Assembly (NCBI GenBank): GCA_964016885.1 | Contig: OZ024741.1 | Span: 99,262,001 to 99,326,000, forward strand | Reading direction: 5' to 3' | Length of the DNA stretch: 64,000 nucleotides | DNA from: Eledone cirrhosa | Taxonomy: Eukaryota | In this document: one piece after another, positions 52,962-64,000 of the stretch | Layout: every line of letters starts with the position of its first letter | How positions within the stretch are numbered: position 1 is the first letter of the stretch | Notes under the pieces: generated by a model | Told to the model about the DNA's origin: nothing | Seen by the model: the letters and a program-made list of their open reading frames with translations, nothing else | Database searches by the model: none | Translations under genes and position numbers: made by a program

Positions 52962-53150
52962 TGGTGGATTGGCAGTATCGGTAGAGGGTCGGAAGCCATG
53001 CTTTGACGCATAGAGTTACGGCCCTTGCCATTCTGAATTCAAATCCCGCCGAGGTTAACTTTGCCTTTCATCCTTACGGGGTCGATAAAATAAAGTACCA
53101 GTAATGCACTGGGTAATTGCTGGCCTTGTGCCAAAATGTAGAAACAATTA
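52962..53150 (+). mobile_element. tRNA-derived SINE (major family)
   Basis: Full head, core and tail. Confidence 0.85.
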
Positions 53151-53741
53151 TTTATTTTTATATATATAAATATATATATATGTATAGCTTAGAGTTTACA
53201 CTCAATGGGGTCATTTACAATCATTTCAGCTCTAAGAATCGCTTCTGAGCAGAATAAATTAATATTTGATGAACATTTACATGTTTTAGTTGCAATTGAC
53301 TAATAAAATCGCTACAATGAAATATCTTAATTCAACAACATAAAGTTTGCCTGTACGATCTAAAAAATAATAAATCAATACTCACAGACTCATATGGGCA
53401 AAAAGCCTTGGTACCTAGACACGTTTAAAATTCAAAATACAAACTTTTTCCGCAGATCGGTCAGAACTTCAAACTTCAAACATGTTTCACAAAGGATGGT
53501 ATAATAGTGAAATAATTAATTAATTAGTAGTGAGTTAATCAATTTTCTGTGTTTATCAATAGGCACCCAGATAAATTAAATAACTTCACCTCAGAAAAAT
53601 ATCTAAGGTCTGGTTAGCGTAGCGAAAATACACGAGGTTTTGCACACGGCTTATTCCAGTCCTCTAACGTCCCACACATAGTGCTAGAAATAACAGCCGT
53701 TTATATGGGATTACAAATTCAGCTCACCTGGGGGAGCAGTA

Positions 53742-53895
53742 ATATAGCTTAGAGTTTACACTCAATGGGGTCATTTACAATCATTTCAGCTCTAAGAATC
53801 GCTTCTGAGCAGAATAAATTTATTCTGCTCAGAAGCGATTCTTAGAGCTGAAATGATTGTAAATGACCCCATTGAGTGTAAACTCTAAGCTATAT
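53742..53895. repeat. Perfect 154-bp palindrome (77-bp arms, no spacer); arm also present as a direct repeat at 53183-53260
   Basis: Arms compared base by base; centre 53818/53819. Confidence 0.95.
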
Positions 53896-53920
53896 ATATG
53901 TATATATTTACATTTACATT

Positions 53921-53986
<66 letters not shown>

Positions 53987-54037
53987 AAACTACGTAAATG
54001 TAAATATCTACATGTGTAAATTTACCAACACACACAA

Positions 54038-54159
<122 letters not shown>

Positions 54160-54979
54160 GGAAAGTGAGATTGTTCTAATATTATAACAAACAACAACAA
54201 CGGCGGCGATAACGTTATCGGACCTAACTGTTGTTGATGTAAAATTCCTTAGAAGGAACTATGTGATATTATCATCAAGAATGAATATGAAACAGAGGAG
54301 ACCAATGGCACACTTTTCAGGGATACGTATATATTGCTATAATTACAAAGTTTGCAATCTATAACAACATTATGGAATATCTACAGAAAATATATAGCTG
54401 TTTTTCTTCAAAGAAGGCCCCTACCTAAAATATTTTATCTCTCCTCATGGAACACAAATCTATCTTATTTTACGAATTGTTATTAGCTATTTTTAGATGT
54501 CGGGAATCGATCGACGCAGACGATCTCTAGTTTTCAGAGATTCTTGTGTGATATTTTTTCTAAATCAAGACGAATACATTCCTTAATATTAAACATACTA
54601 ATTGCTATAAATGGAGAGGAGAATTCTGGAGACAGTATGTGATTAATTAAGATAGTGTTAATTAAAATATTTACCAATTTCGTATTAGAATCTTGTAGAT
54701 GATTGCCTTTGTGTCACTTAATTGAATGAAAGCTACAAAGATATCAGTCGTTAATTAGCTTTCTAGTTAATTAAACATAACAAACCTTTAGTAAATACAC
54801 ATAGACGCCTACGAGCGAACTAGAGGTTCTTTACATCATCAATCTTAGAAATAGCAGCAAAGACTCGCTCGGATCACACTTCTCCAACGAAACAAAGCTT
54901 ACCGGCAACCCGTGTCTAGCGGCTGTTCACTTCGGCAAAATACGTGAAATGACAAACAATGGACAAATAACATCTTCAA

Positions 54980-55395
54980 TGACATCTGGAACGTACGCAC
55001 GTTATTGGATTTACCAGCTTCAAGTCATCCTGAAAGTCAATCTGCTCCATCGGTTCCATCGAATTCCATCGGTGTCAATTATATATTGCCACTCTCTCTG
55101 AAACATGGCTACCTGAAGTTGGTAAGCTAGGGAAACAAAACTCAGGATACATCTTACTCTACAAAGGTCGGCCAGAAAATGAGCGGTCTGAAGATAGAGT
55201 CGGTTTTGCACTAAGAACCATCCGGGTGCAAGATATGATGGAGCTTCTACGTGATATCTCGGATCGGATTATGACACTAAGGTTGCCGCTCCAATTTAAC
55301 CGTTTTATGACTTTGGTCAGTATGTTTACTCCAACTCTTGTAAGTCCCCGAGAATAAATAAATAAATTTTACGCAGATCTGTGAATAGTCTTGAA
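54980..55395 (+). pseudogene. RTE (BovB-like) APE endonuclease relic
   Basis: WNVRTLLD, ATLSETWL, RVGFAL, ISDRIMTLRLPL, FYADL. Confidence 0.75.
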
Positions 55396-55444
55396 TATAT
55401 ATATATTCAAGACTCTACACACATATATATATATTCAAGACTCT

Positions 55445-55496
<52 letters not shown>

Positions 55497-55647
55497 TACA
55501 CAATTCCTGCTCTGTAAAACACCTGATGTTCTTACATTGAGCTATTTCTCTTACTGGTAATAAGGTAGTAGGAAATTACTGACCTTTCCTGTTTATAGTT
55601 GTTTATAGTATAGTATATACATAAATAACTATAAATAGTATCATTAT

Positions 55648-55675
<28 letters not shown>

Positions 55676-55678
<3 letters not shown>

Positions 55679-55793
55679 GGAACGAGTAGGACCCCGACGG
55701 CTGAGCTCAAGCCGTTTCGATGGCTAATTCTGGACTCCAGAATTAGCCGTCGATACGGCTTGAGCTCAGCCGTCGGGGTCCTCTCGTTCCTAT
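55676..55793. repeat. About 118-bp near-perfect palindrome built from a hammerhead 3' half
   Basis: Centre about 55735; each arm carries GA(A/T)A-CGGCT-tgagctc-AGCCG-TC-GGGG. Confidence 0.85.
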
Positions 55794-55875
55794 TACCCAC
55801 TCTACTACCCTAAGTATTGAGTACTTTGGTGCGTTATGGTCCACCTGGTTCCTTACCACATTTCCTTCGTTATAT

Positions 55876-55915
<40 letters not shown>

Positions 55916-56106
55916 TCAAGTTTCTACATATTTGCTCGACCTGCTAGAAATACCAACTAAATACTGCAGTATAACATAAATAAAATCAGACACATTGAAT
56001 AATGTAGGCTTATTTACGCTGACTTGAATGAATTACTGGCTGTTCTCGGCGAATATGTCTTTAATAGAAACAGAATTGTGACTAAACAACAACAATTATT
56101 TAAAGA

Positions 56107-56465
56107 AGTAGATTGGCAGAATCGGTAGAGCGTCAGACACCATGCTTTCTAGCATAGTTACGTCCCTTTACAGTCTGAGTTCAAATCCCGCCGAGGTTAA
56201 CTTTGCCTTTCATCCTTACGGGATCGATAAAATAAAGTACCAGTAATGTACTGGGTAATTGCTGGCCTTGTGCCTAAAGTAGAAACAATTATTTAAAGAG
56301 CAGGTCGGACATGCTTCCCAGCATAGTTACGTCCCTTTACGATATGAGTTCAAATCTCGCCGAGGTTAACTTTGCCTTTCATCCTTATGGGGTCGATAAA
56401 ATAAAGTACCAGTAATGTACTGGAATAATTGCTGGCCTTGTGCCAAAAGTAGAAACAATTATTTA
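56107..56465 (+). mobile_element. Two tandem major-family SINEs
   Basis: Each ends AGTAGAAACAATTATTTAAAGA; acaattatttaaaga acts as TSD. Confidence 0.85.
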
Positions 56466-56527
56466 AAGAGCAGTTTTAAAACTAGTTACAGCAGAGGCCT
56501 TACATTCCATATCTCTCTCTCTCTCTC

Positions 56528-56575
<48 letters not shown>

Positions 56576-56577
56576 AT

Positions 56578-57158
56578 GTATACTGATTAATGTTCAAAGC
56601 CATCCTCAGCATTCTCGTGTAGCACCCATCCACCATCTGAGTGAGTCTCTTGATCAGTGTCCAAGTCTCAGACCCATACAGCAGCACAGACTCCACTACA
56701 GCAATGAAGAGGCGGATCTTCAGGCCTCTACGAAGGTCCGACTTCCACACCGACCTCAAGCTGTGACACGCCGCCCAGGCCTTGCTCTTCCTCTCAACCA
56801 CATCATCTTCCGTATTCCCAATCATTGCTCCCAAATACAGGAAGTCCTCAACCAATTCCAGCGGATGAAAAACTCAGAGCTGTATGGGAGCATCCCAAAA
56901 GTCAGCTCAAAAGTGACACAGAGGAGACTGAGGTTGGCTGGACATGCTCACCGACATCCAGAGTTGACATTGCACTCAGTGCTCCTTTGGGAACCCCTAC
57001 ATGGACACACTAGAAGAGGAAGATCAAGGTTAACTTATGTTGATGCCCTAAGGACAGACACTGGTCTGTTGGAGATGCAGGATATGGCAGCGATAATGAG
57101 GGACAGAGACCGCTGGAGAGAACTCGTCCATGGATCTCGGGAATTTTACCCGCCTTAG
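56578..57158. mobile_element. RTE-clade LINE with 5' inversion (twin priming)
   Basis: Minus segment 56578-56861 and plus segment about 56863-57158 are adjacent in the family consensus; TSD atatatagtaat; (ATAG)n tail. Confidence 0.85.
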
Positions 57159-57351
57159 ATAGATAGATAGAGATATATAGTAATAATAAATGTGAAGGGA
57201 AAATCCGAAGAGGGCTGGATAAGGATTATATATATATATATATACATATATATATAGAGAGAGAGGTAGTACACTGGAAGGTAATATCCGTAGTGGTAGA
57301 GCACTCAGTCCATGGGAAGAGTTAGGTAGAAGTGGTTACACACACACACAC

Positions 57352-57396
<45 letters not shown>

Positions 57397-57680
57397 ACTG
57401 ACTAAACATATACGTGCTTTCCTCCTATACTTTTTCCATTTCTTCCTTTTCTTACTCTTGCCTATCCTTCTATTTCTTCTACTATATCTCATTCTCTTTT
57501 CCAATAAAGGACTAACGTCCAATAGGTTAAGACTTTAACCATTAAAATAATAAACATCCCCATTGTATTCGATTGTTTTCCTGTGTTGTATTTCCTCGTT
57601 GAATTTTAGAATGTATATATATATATATATATATAATCCTTATCGAGCCCTCTTCGGATTTTAGCCTTCACATTTATTAT

Positions 57681-57724
<44 letters not shown>

Positions 57725-58263
57725 TATGGAATGTAAGGCCTCTGCTGTAACTAGTTTTAAAACTGCTCTTTAAATAATAGTTTCTACTTGTGGCACAAGG
57801 CCAGCAATTATCCCAGTACATTACTGGTACTTTATTTTATCGACCCCGTAAGGATGAAAGGCAAAGTTAACCTCGGCGGGATTTGAACTCAGATCGTAAA
57901 GGGACGTAACTATGCTGGGAAGCATGTCCGACCTGCTCTTTAAATAATTGTTGTTGTTTAGTCACAATTCTGTTTCTATTAAAGACATATTCGCCGAGAA
58001 CAGCCAGTAATTCATTCAAGTCAGCGTAAATAAGCCTACATTATTCAATGTGTCTGATTTTATTTATGTTATACTGCAGTATTTAGTTGGTATTTCTAGC
58101 AGGTCGAGCAAATATGTAGAAACTCCCTTATTGGTTGGATTTCAACACTGTTTCGTGGTTTCTATTGCTGCCATTCTTGTTGGTGTCTGTTTAATTTGTT
58201 TTCCAACAGAAGCAAAGAAAACATTCATAGTAATGGGTGTCAACAATCGCAAACGAACATAAT

Positions 58264-58301
<38 letters not shown>

Positions 58302-58345
58302 CATATATACATAAATAAGTAAGTTCGTTTTACACACACACACAC

Positions 58346-58423
<78 letters not shown>

Positions 58424-58637
58424 CGATAGCTAAACAGAAGGCATGATAAACCATGATGGAAATTTAGTCATAAGTGGTGTGACCAAAGAGTCATCCAGAC
58501 AACTTTGCCAGGCTAAGATATGCAAAGAAGGGGTCGTTGCGTACATCTAGTATGTGAACTTGGTGACATTTCAGACAGTAATACTACTGGCGACCTGTCT
58601 GTTGGTCAATCATTTACACTGCTATCCTCATGATACA

Positions 58638-58826
58638 CGGCGGTGAATTGGCAGTATCGGTAGAGGGTTGGACGCCATGGTTTCTAGCATAGTTACGTCC
58701 CTTTACAGTCTGAGTTCAAATCCCGCCGAGGTTAACTTTGCGTTTCATCCTTACGGGGTCGATAAAATAAAGTACCAGTAATGTACTGGGTTATTGCTGG
58801 CCTTGTGCCTAAAGTAGAAACAATTT
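58638..58826 (+). mobile_element. tRNA-derived SINE (major family)
   Basis: Full head, core and tail. Confidence 0.85.
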
Positions 58827-58911
58827 TACACATAAATAACATTACAAATTGCTCTCAACTCATTCCCTTCCGGCATAAATGTTTACTTCGTGATTGTGTC
58901 ATTTCTATCAT

Positions 58912-58974
<63 letters not shown>

Positions 58975-59428
58975 TTCTGTGTTTCTGTAGGTGATGAATC
59001 TGTAGATAACATTTGGGCGGGAGATATTTTGTTTATGTTTATTACTTCTCATTCAGTTGAAGCAATTGATTACCAGAATCCCACCATGATCAACTCTTCC
59101 ATTCATACTTCCAGGGATGATAAATTAAAGTTCCAGGCAAGTATTGCGATCAATTAATCCCCTTCCCCATCCCACCTATATAGATACATATAGATAGATA
59201 TATTTCTTTATAAATGAACACTAGATGGAACACATGTGACTTTGGAGCATTTCAAATCATGTGGAACAATAAATATTCAGTAGATTTTGTAGGATTCCAC
59301 ATATATTCCATAGAGTCCAAATTTATTGGGGGACGAGGGGTGTCACAGTGGGGCAATAAATAGGGCTGTAGAAAAGCCTTCGGGGATGCACGGAGTCATG
59401 TGAGAAACGCGTATGGGGTTGTACTCAC

Positions 59429-59483
59429 CTGTGAGGCAAAGACTTCGATTTAATGATCAGCGTTGTTTGAATTCCGTGTCGAT
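59429..59483 (-). other. Possible 55-nt internal exon
   Basis: Minus strand has acceptor tttacattcacgcag and strong donor CAG|GTGAGT; one open frame (RHGIQTTLIIKSKSLPH). Confidence 0.25.
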
Positions 59484-59961
59484 CTGCGTGAATGTAAATA
59501 AGGTGTCAATGCCATCACGAAAATTGTGTGAGACTAACTGGAGCCGGCTTACGCCGTCTGAAGTCGTCTGATGCACCGAGGGACCGTACAAATAGAAGTA
59601 GTGTCTCCAGGTAGCTTAAAATATTATCTCCTCCCCAGCAGATATACTATTGGAGACTTGCCATCACAGTGGGCATTTGTAAATTATTGGGAGAAAATTA
59701 CTATAACAATTAAATTCTTCTAATCTTGCTTTGTTGTTCCATATTATTTACCTATTTCCCTTTTTATATTTCTTGCTTTGTATTTCTTCCAAATATTGAT
59801 ATTGTGTGACTGGTTCAATAGATGTCTGCCTAGCAACCCCCTTTTTCGTTTTCTTCTTACTTTTATTCGTGTTTTTGTTGTGTTTTTTCACAACAGCTGC
59901 TTTCTGCCAAGGATTGGTTGCTTAATTTAGAATATAAATTGTGTGTGAGTGTGTGCGTGCA

Positions 59962-59993
<32 letters not shown>

Positions 59994-60639
59994 CATATAT
60001 ATATATATATATATTGCAGGTACACAGATATACATATATATTTGTGTGTGTGTCTGTGTATCTGTGTGTGTGTGTGCGTGTGCGTGTGCTTGTGTGTGAT
60101 ATATATATATATATATTGCACGCACACAGATATACATCTAGAGAATAACTTTAATATAGATCAACTATTTATGTAAAATAGATTTTGTTTTGTTTTGTAA
60201 GTACATTATATATGTGTGTGTGTGTGTGCGCGTGCGCGCGTGTGTGTATGTTTGTATGTATATATATAACTTAACAAAAGAAAAGGAGAGGAACTGCGTG
60301 CAATACTGCAATATTAGCGATAAGTACAATACTGCAATATTAGCGATAAGTACAAAACTCCACCGAAATCGACGTATAGTTTCGATCCCTATCGACGGTA
60401 CTGCCCGTGTTTGAGTTGATGAATTAACGATGTATGCCCGATGTTAGGTCAATCCAATAATAATGAAAGGTTGCATACTTTCATATCTTTTTATTTATGA
60501 CGATTTGGGGGATCTGTAGTATACAGTCCTTTATGTTCACTTTACTGAATGAAATGTGGAAATCACACGTCTGAACGAAATGGGATGAAAATATGCGGGA
60601 AGAATATGTTGAAAATACACAATAATATTGACGTTAAAG

Positions 60640-62000
60640 AGAGAAATACTTTTTATGAATAAAATTCATAACCAGAAATGACCTTTTGTAGATCTCTTGA
60701 GTTACATGGTGTAAGCTTATGTTGTTCTTTGAACAGAACTATTTTCATTATATATATTGCTTTAGCCATGTAACGAGCCGGTGGTAAGCGCTGGGTCCAA
60801 TGAAGAAAACTGGGGAGATGGCCAACCACCAAGTTATAGAAGAGAGAGCTATATGAACTTGGCTTAGTCTTCTCGGTTATGATCTCTAGAAAGCAATACA
60901 GTCGGTAGATATTCAAGCAGCTCCTCCCTCTTTTGCTCATAAAAATCTTCCATGGTCTCATCCAGGATAGTTTATTAATAAGACTAGTCAATAGAGTCCC
61001 AACCTTCATGGAACTTTTTGAACATTTTGAAACCAGATGATGGGAAAAAGATCTCGAAGACTTTCTTCAACACCAGTTCAAGAATGTGATGGTGGCAAGC
61101 CAGCCACAAGAGAGATTTTTATTCAGAGCTCCTTCAATATTTGTATAGGCTCCTTGGTGCATGCCGGTGTTACTGGCGGTGGTGTTGAAGGACATACCAA
61201 TTATTCTAACCCCAATTTTGAATCGTTGAATTTCCTTCAAAACAACTTCAGCGACTTCTCGTCCTGTTCCATCTCTTACAATTGGAACTCATAAGAGCTC
61301 CTTTCCTTTTCCTCTAACTAAAACTGCAAGCCGATCTACGAGTGTGCTAGATCGGAAAGCCGATAGTAATAATTCTCCATCCCAGTGAAGAACTAGGTAG
61401 ACTCTGCCTTCAGGTGGAAAGTGGCTAACTTGATTTCCTGAGCCATCATCTCACAGTGACTGGTTCATGCTCGATAAACAGTTGAGGTGGGGGGGGGGGG
61501 TCAAAAGTTCAGGCAAATCATGACCAAGATTCTCCGCAATTGTGATGTAAGAAGTACTTGCTTGTTACACCCATAGTTACTCCCGTTCCCACTGGCAACA
61601 AGAGTGGCGTCTAGAGTCTGGTTTATTCGCAGTGATTTTCAGAGCAGTGCTGACTTGAAGATTTCATCATCATCACTAATAGCTGAGCTGGATGACGAAC
61701 TTTCTAGAGCTACTTTCTCGGACATCTTCTTGACTTCTTCATCCTGCTTTCTCTTTATTACTTTCATATAAGGTATTTTCTTTTCCTTCTTCTGGATGGC
61801 TCTCACGTGTTTTTCATCAACACCGGCCATGAATGAAAGCAATCGATCTTCCCGCTGTGTCTTAAGAAAAGTCTTGTCTTCAAATGGGACATCCTTTCGT
61901 TCGAAAACGCCTAGGCTCGCAATGTCAAAATTGGCCTTGATATAACATTTGCAAATTTTACGCTGTGCAATTGCTTTGTCAGTCATCCTTGATTGAAGTG
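60640..62000 (-). pseudogene. Decayed DDE transposase with CxxH motif (hAT-like)
   Basis: GMSFNTTASNTGMHQGA, WLACHHHILELVLKKVF, ARYMAKAIYIMKIVLF; frameshifted. Confidence 0.7.
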
Positions 62001-63241
62001 CGGGTGATTTTTTGTTTGTTTGGTTTTTTTTTTCATTTTGGTAGTGATATTTACTAGGGTTTCAATGTCCAATTATGACCATCCCTCCAGATTTTTCACG
62101 ATGATACAGTGTGAAGAGCGATGAAATTTGTAACCTCGTCACTATCTATCTAGCTCCCTCTGTATCTGTCTATCTCTCTTTATCTATCTACCTGTCTGGC
62201 AATCTATAGCTCTATCTGTCTTCCTCTGTATCACTCTAGTTGATTTACTGACTATAGCTATATATGTATATTTACCAATGTATCTCTCTTCGAACAAAAA
62301 CAAGAAGAAATCATGTATCTTAATAGCAAGCCGAAGATAAACATATACATTACTAGAACAAAGTCTTCGAAATTTAATGGATATAGGTTTGTTAATGATT
62401 ACAGAAAAGATGGAGGAAATTATTATATGGGATTTCAATGAATGGCCAGTAGGACAAGAGGAAACTCGAGGATTCAAACGTTTTACATAGAATGTTGTAA
62501 TCAAGGAATTGTCAAATTAAATATTTTCTTTACTATAAACCCCGCCAATTGTTACGGGTACTTTGCTCGTATATATATATATGTGTGTGTGTCTGTGTGT
62601 CTGTGTGTATCTGCGTATCTGTGTGTCGATGTGTGGGTATGTGTCTGTGTGTGTGTGTATGTGTGTGCGTATGTGTGTGAGTGTGTTTGCGTGAGTATCA
62701 TATATATATATATTTTTTTTTTTTTTAGCATATATTCTGATAGGTATATCCCTATATTTACATAATATGCACTCGCTCCACTACAGAAATATCATATTTA
62801 CACCAGGATATTTTGATTTGTATCTTGAAAATACATTTTTACTGGTATAACAACACATGGATTTTTTCCAGTTGTCCTTTTTGTTTGCATGTGATAAGAA
62901 TTATCAACTTTCTATTAATAATGTTTTTACTGATGAATAATTGCCATGAGATACAATTGAGGAAGGTAGAGTTGGCAAGCGCTCAAATTTACGTTTATGT
63001 ATTATAGGTGTTATTATAGGTGTCGTTGAGACGCTATTATTTATCATGAACTTATATTCGTTGAACATGGTCACTATATTTATACTCTCTCTCTATATAT
63101 ATACATTGATTATATATATATATGTATATATATGTATATATATATATATGTGTGTGTAAAAGATAAACAGAAATAACATCACAATTGGTAAAGTATATGA
63201 CAGGAATATATTAGGTTAACGCTTGAAATAGCAAAAGAGAG

Positions 63242-63277
63242 TCTTGGCATTTCGTACGCTAGTCCTTCATCAGAAGA
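63242..63277 (-). ncRNA. Degenerate minimal hammerhead (homologue of 5109-5145)
   Basis: TCTT-CTGATGA-AGGACTAGCGTAC-GAAA-TGCC-AAGA; cleavage-site U mutated. Confidence 0.55.
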
Positions 63278-63375
63278 AAGAATGAGAAATAAGATAGATT
63301 AAAGGGACGGGCGGGTTGGAATTGGAAAAAATGTCTTTAGATAAAAATAACAGGGAGAACATACTCTATATATAC

Positions 63376-63459
<84 letters not shown>

Positions 63460-63519
63460 AGGATTTTACCAGTTTTAGACTCGATACTTCGGATAGTTGA
63501 GTGAAACTATATCAAAGAG

Positions 63520-63874
63520 ATTCGGAGCCCAATGGCTGAGCTCTTGCTGTTTGACAGCCAATTCCAGACTGGGGACAAAACTAGGTGGTCTAAGGGGATT
63601 GAAGTGTCGGTAAATGGATAAGTGGTCAGTTAAATGATATTGGCTCTTAAAAGGCTATTAATGAAAGTTCTAGAATCAATTGATTTTTTTTTAATATATA
63701 TATTTTAAGGTAGTAGATGAGTGTATGAGTGCCTGCTCCGGTGCCTGCGCATATGGGTTTGTGCGTGCGCTTGTATATTTCATTATCTATGTAGACAGGG
63801 TATCATTGTCTATGTAGATATTGGAATTAGCTGTCGAAACGGCAAGAGCTCAGTCGCTGGGCTCCGATTCTCTG

Positions 63875-63918
<44 letters not shown>

Positions 63919-64000
63919 AGTCACGACCCCGACGGCTGAGCTCCGGCCGTTTCGACAGCTAGATCCGAATTAGCTGTCGAAACGACCGGAGCTCAGCCGT
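63520..64000. mobile_element. Three more copies of the half-hammerhead family (63520-63600 -, 63822-63872 +, palindrome 63925-64000)
   Basis: AATTAGCTGTC-GAAA-CGGC..GAGCTCAGCCG motif shared with 46560-46614 and 55676-55793. Confidence 0.65.

Larger units (their letters stand above)
55919..58124. repeat. Large inverted duplication (left arm 55919-57233, right arm 57630-58124)
   Basis: Unique DNA, one SINE and (GA)n are mirrored; left arm carries an extra SINE and an RTE insertion. Confidence 0.9.

Noticed and set aside
62300-62570. Possible Helitron 3' end (NVVIKE-like peptide, weak hairpin, CTCGT)
   Set aside because: Motifs too degenerate, and the terminus is not CTRR

Overview
AT-rich eukaryotic (animal) genomic DNA, most likely an octopod cephalopod judging by the SINE families and the extreme load of (TA)n/(CA)n/(TACA)n microsatellites. 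No intact host protein-coding gene is evident, and nearly all tracked ORFs are microsatellite artefacts. The window is a transposon graveyard with four main components. (1) An R4/Dong-like RT + CCHC + restriction-like-endonuclease LINE, with five copies plus a sister family, all sitting in (CATA)n arrays in one orientation. (2) A family of about 350-600 bp non-coding elements in three sub-types (11 segments) that also sit in (CATA)n, share a conserved core with compensatory stems, have no tRNA/5S/7SL head I can recognise, and are sometimes joined to the LINE 3' end. This is the best candidate for an undescribed structured-RNA retro-element system. (3) At least five minimal type I hammerhead ribozymes with intact cores, plus degenerate or half copies, in (TA)n-embedded Penelope-like fragments, several with fold-back or partial-tandem architecture. 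(4) RTE-clade LINE fragments (two with twin-priming inversions), many tRNA-derived SINEs, a clean non-autonomous Helitron, a Helitron helicase relic, a decayed hAT-like transposase and MITEs. All calls were made by eye, and coordinates are approximate to a few bases.
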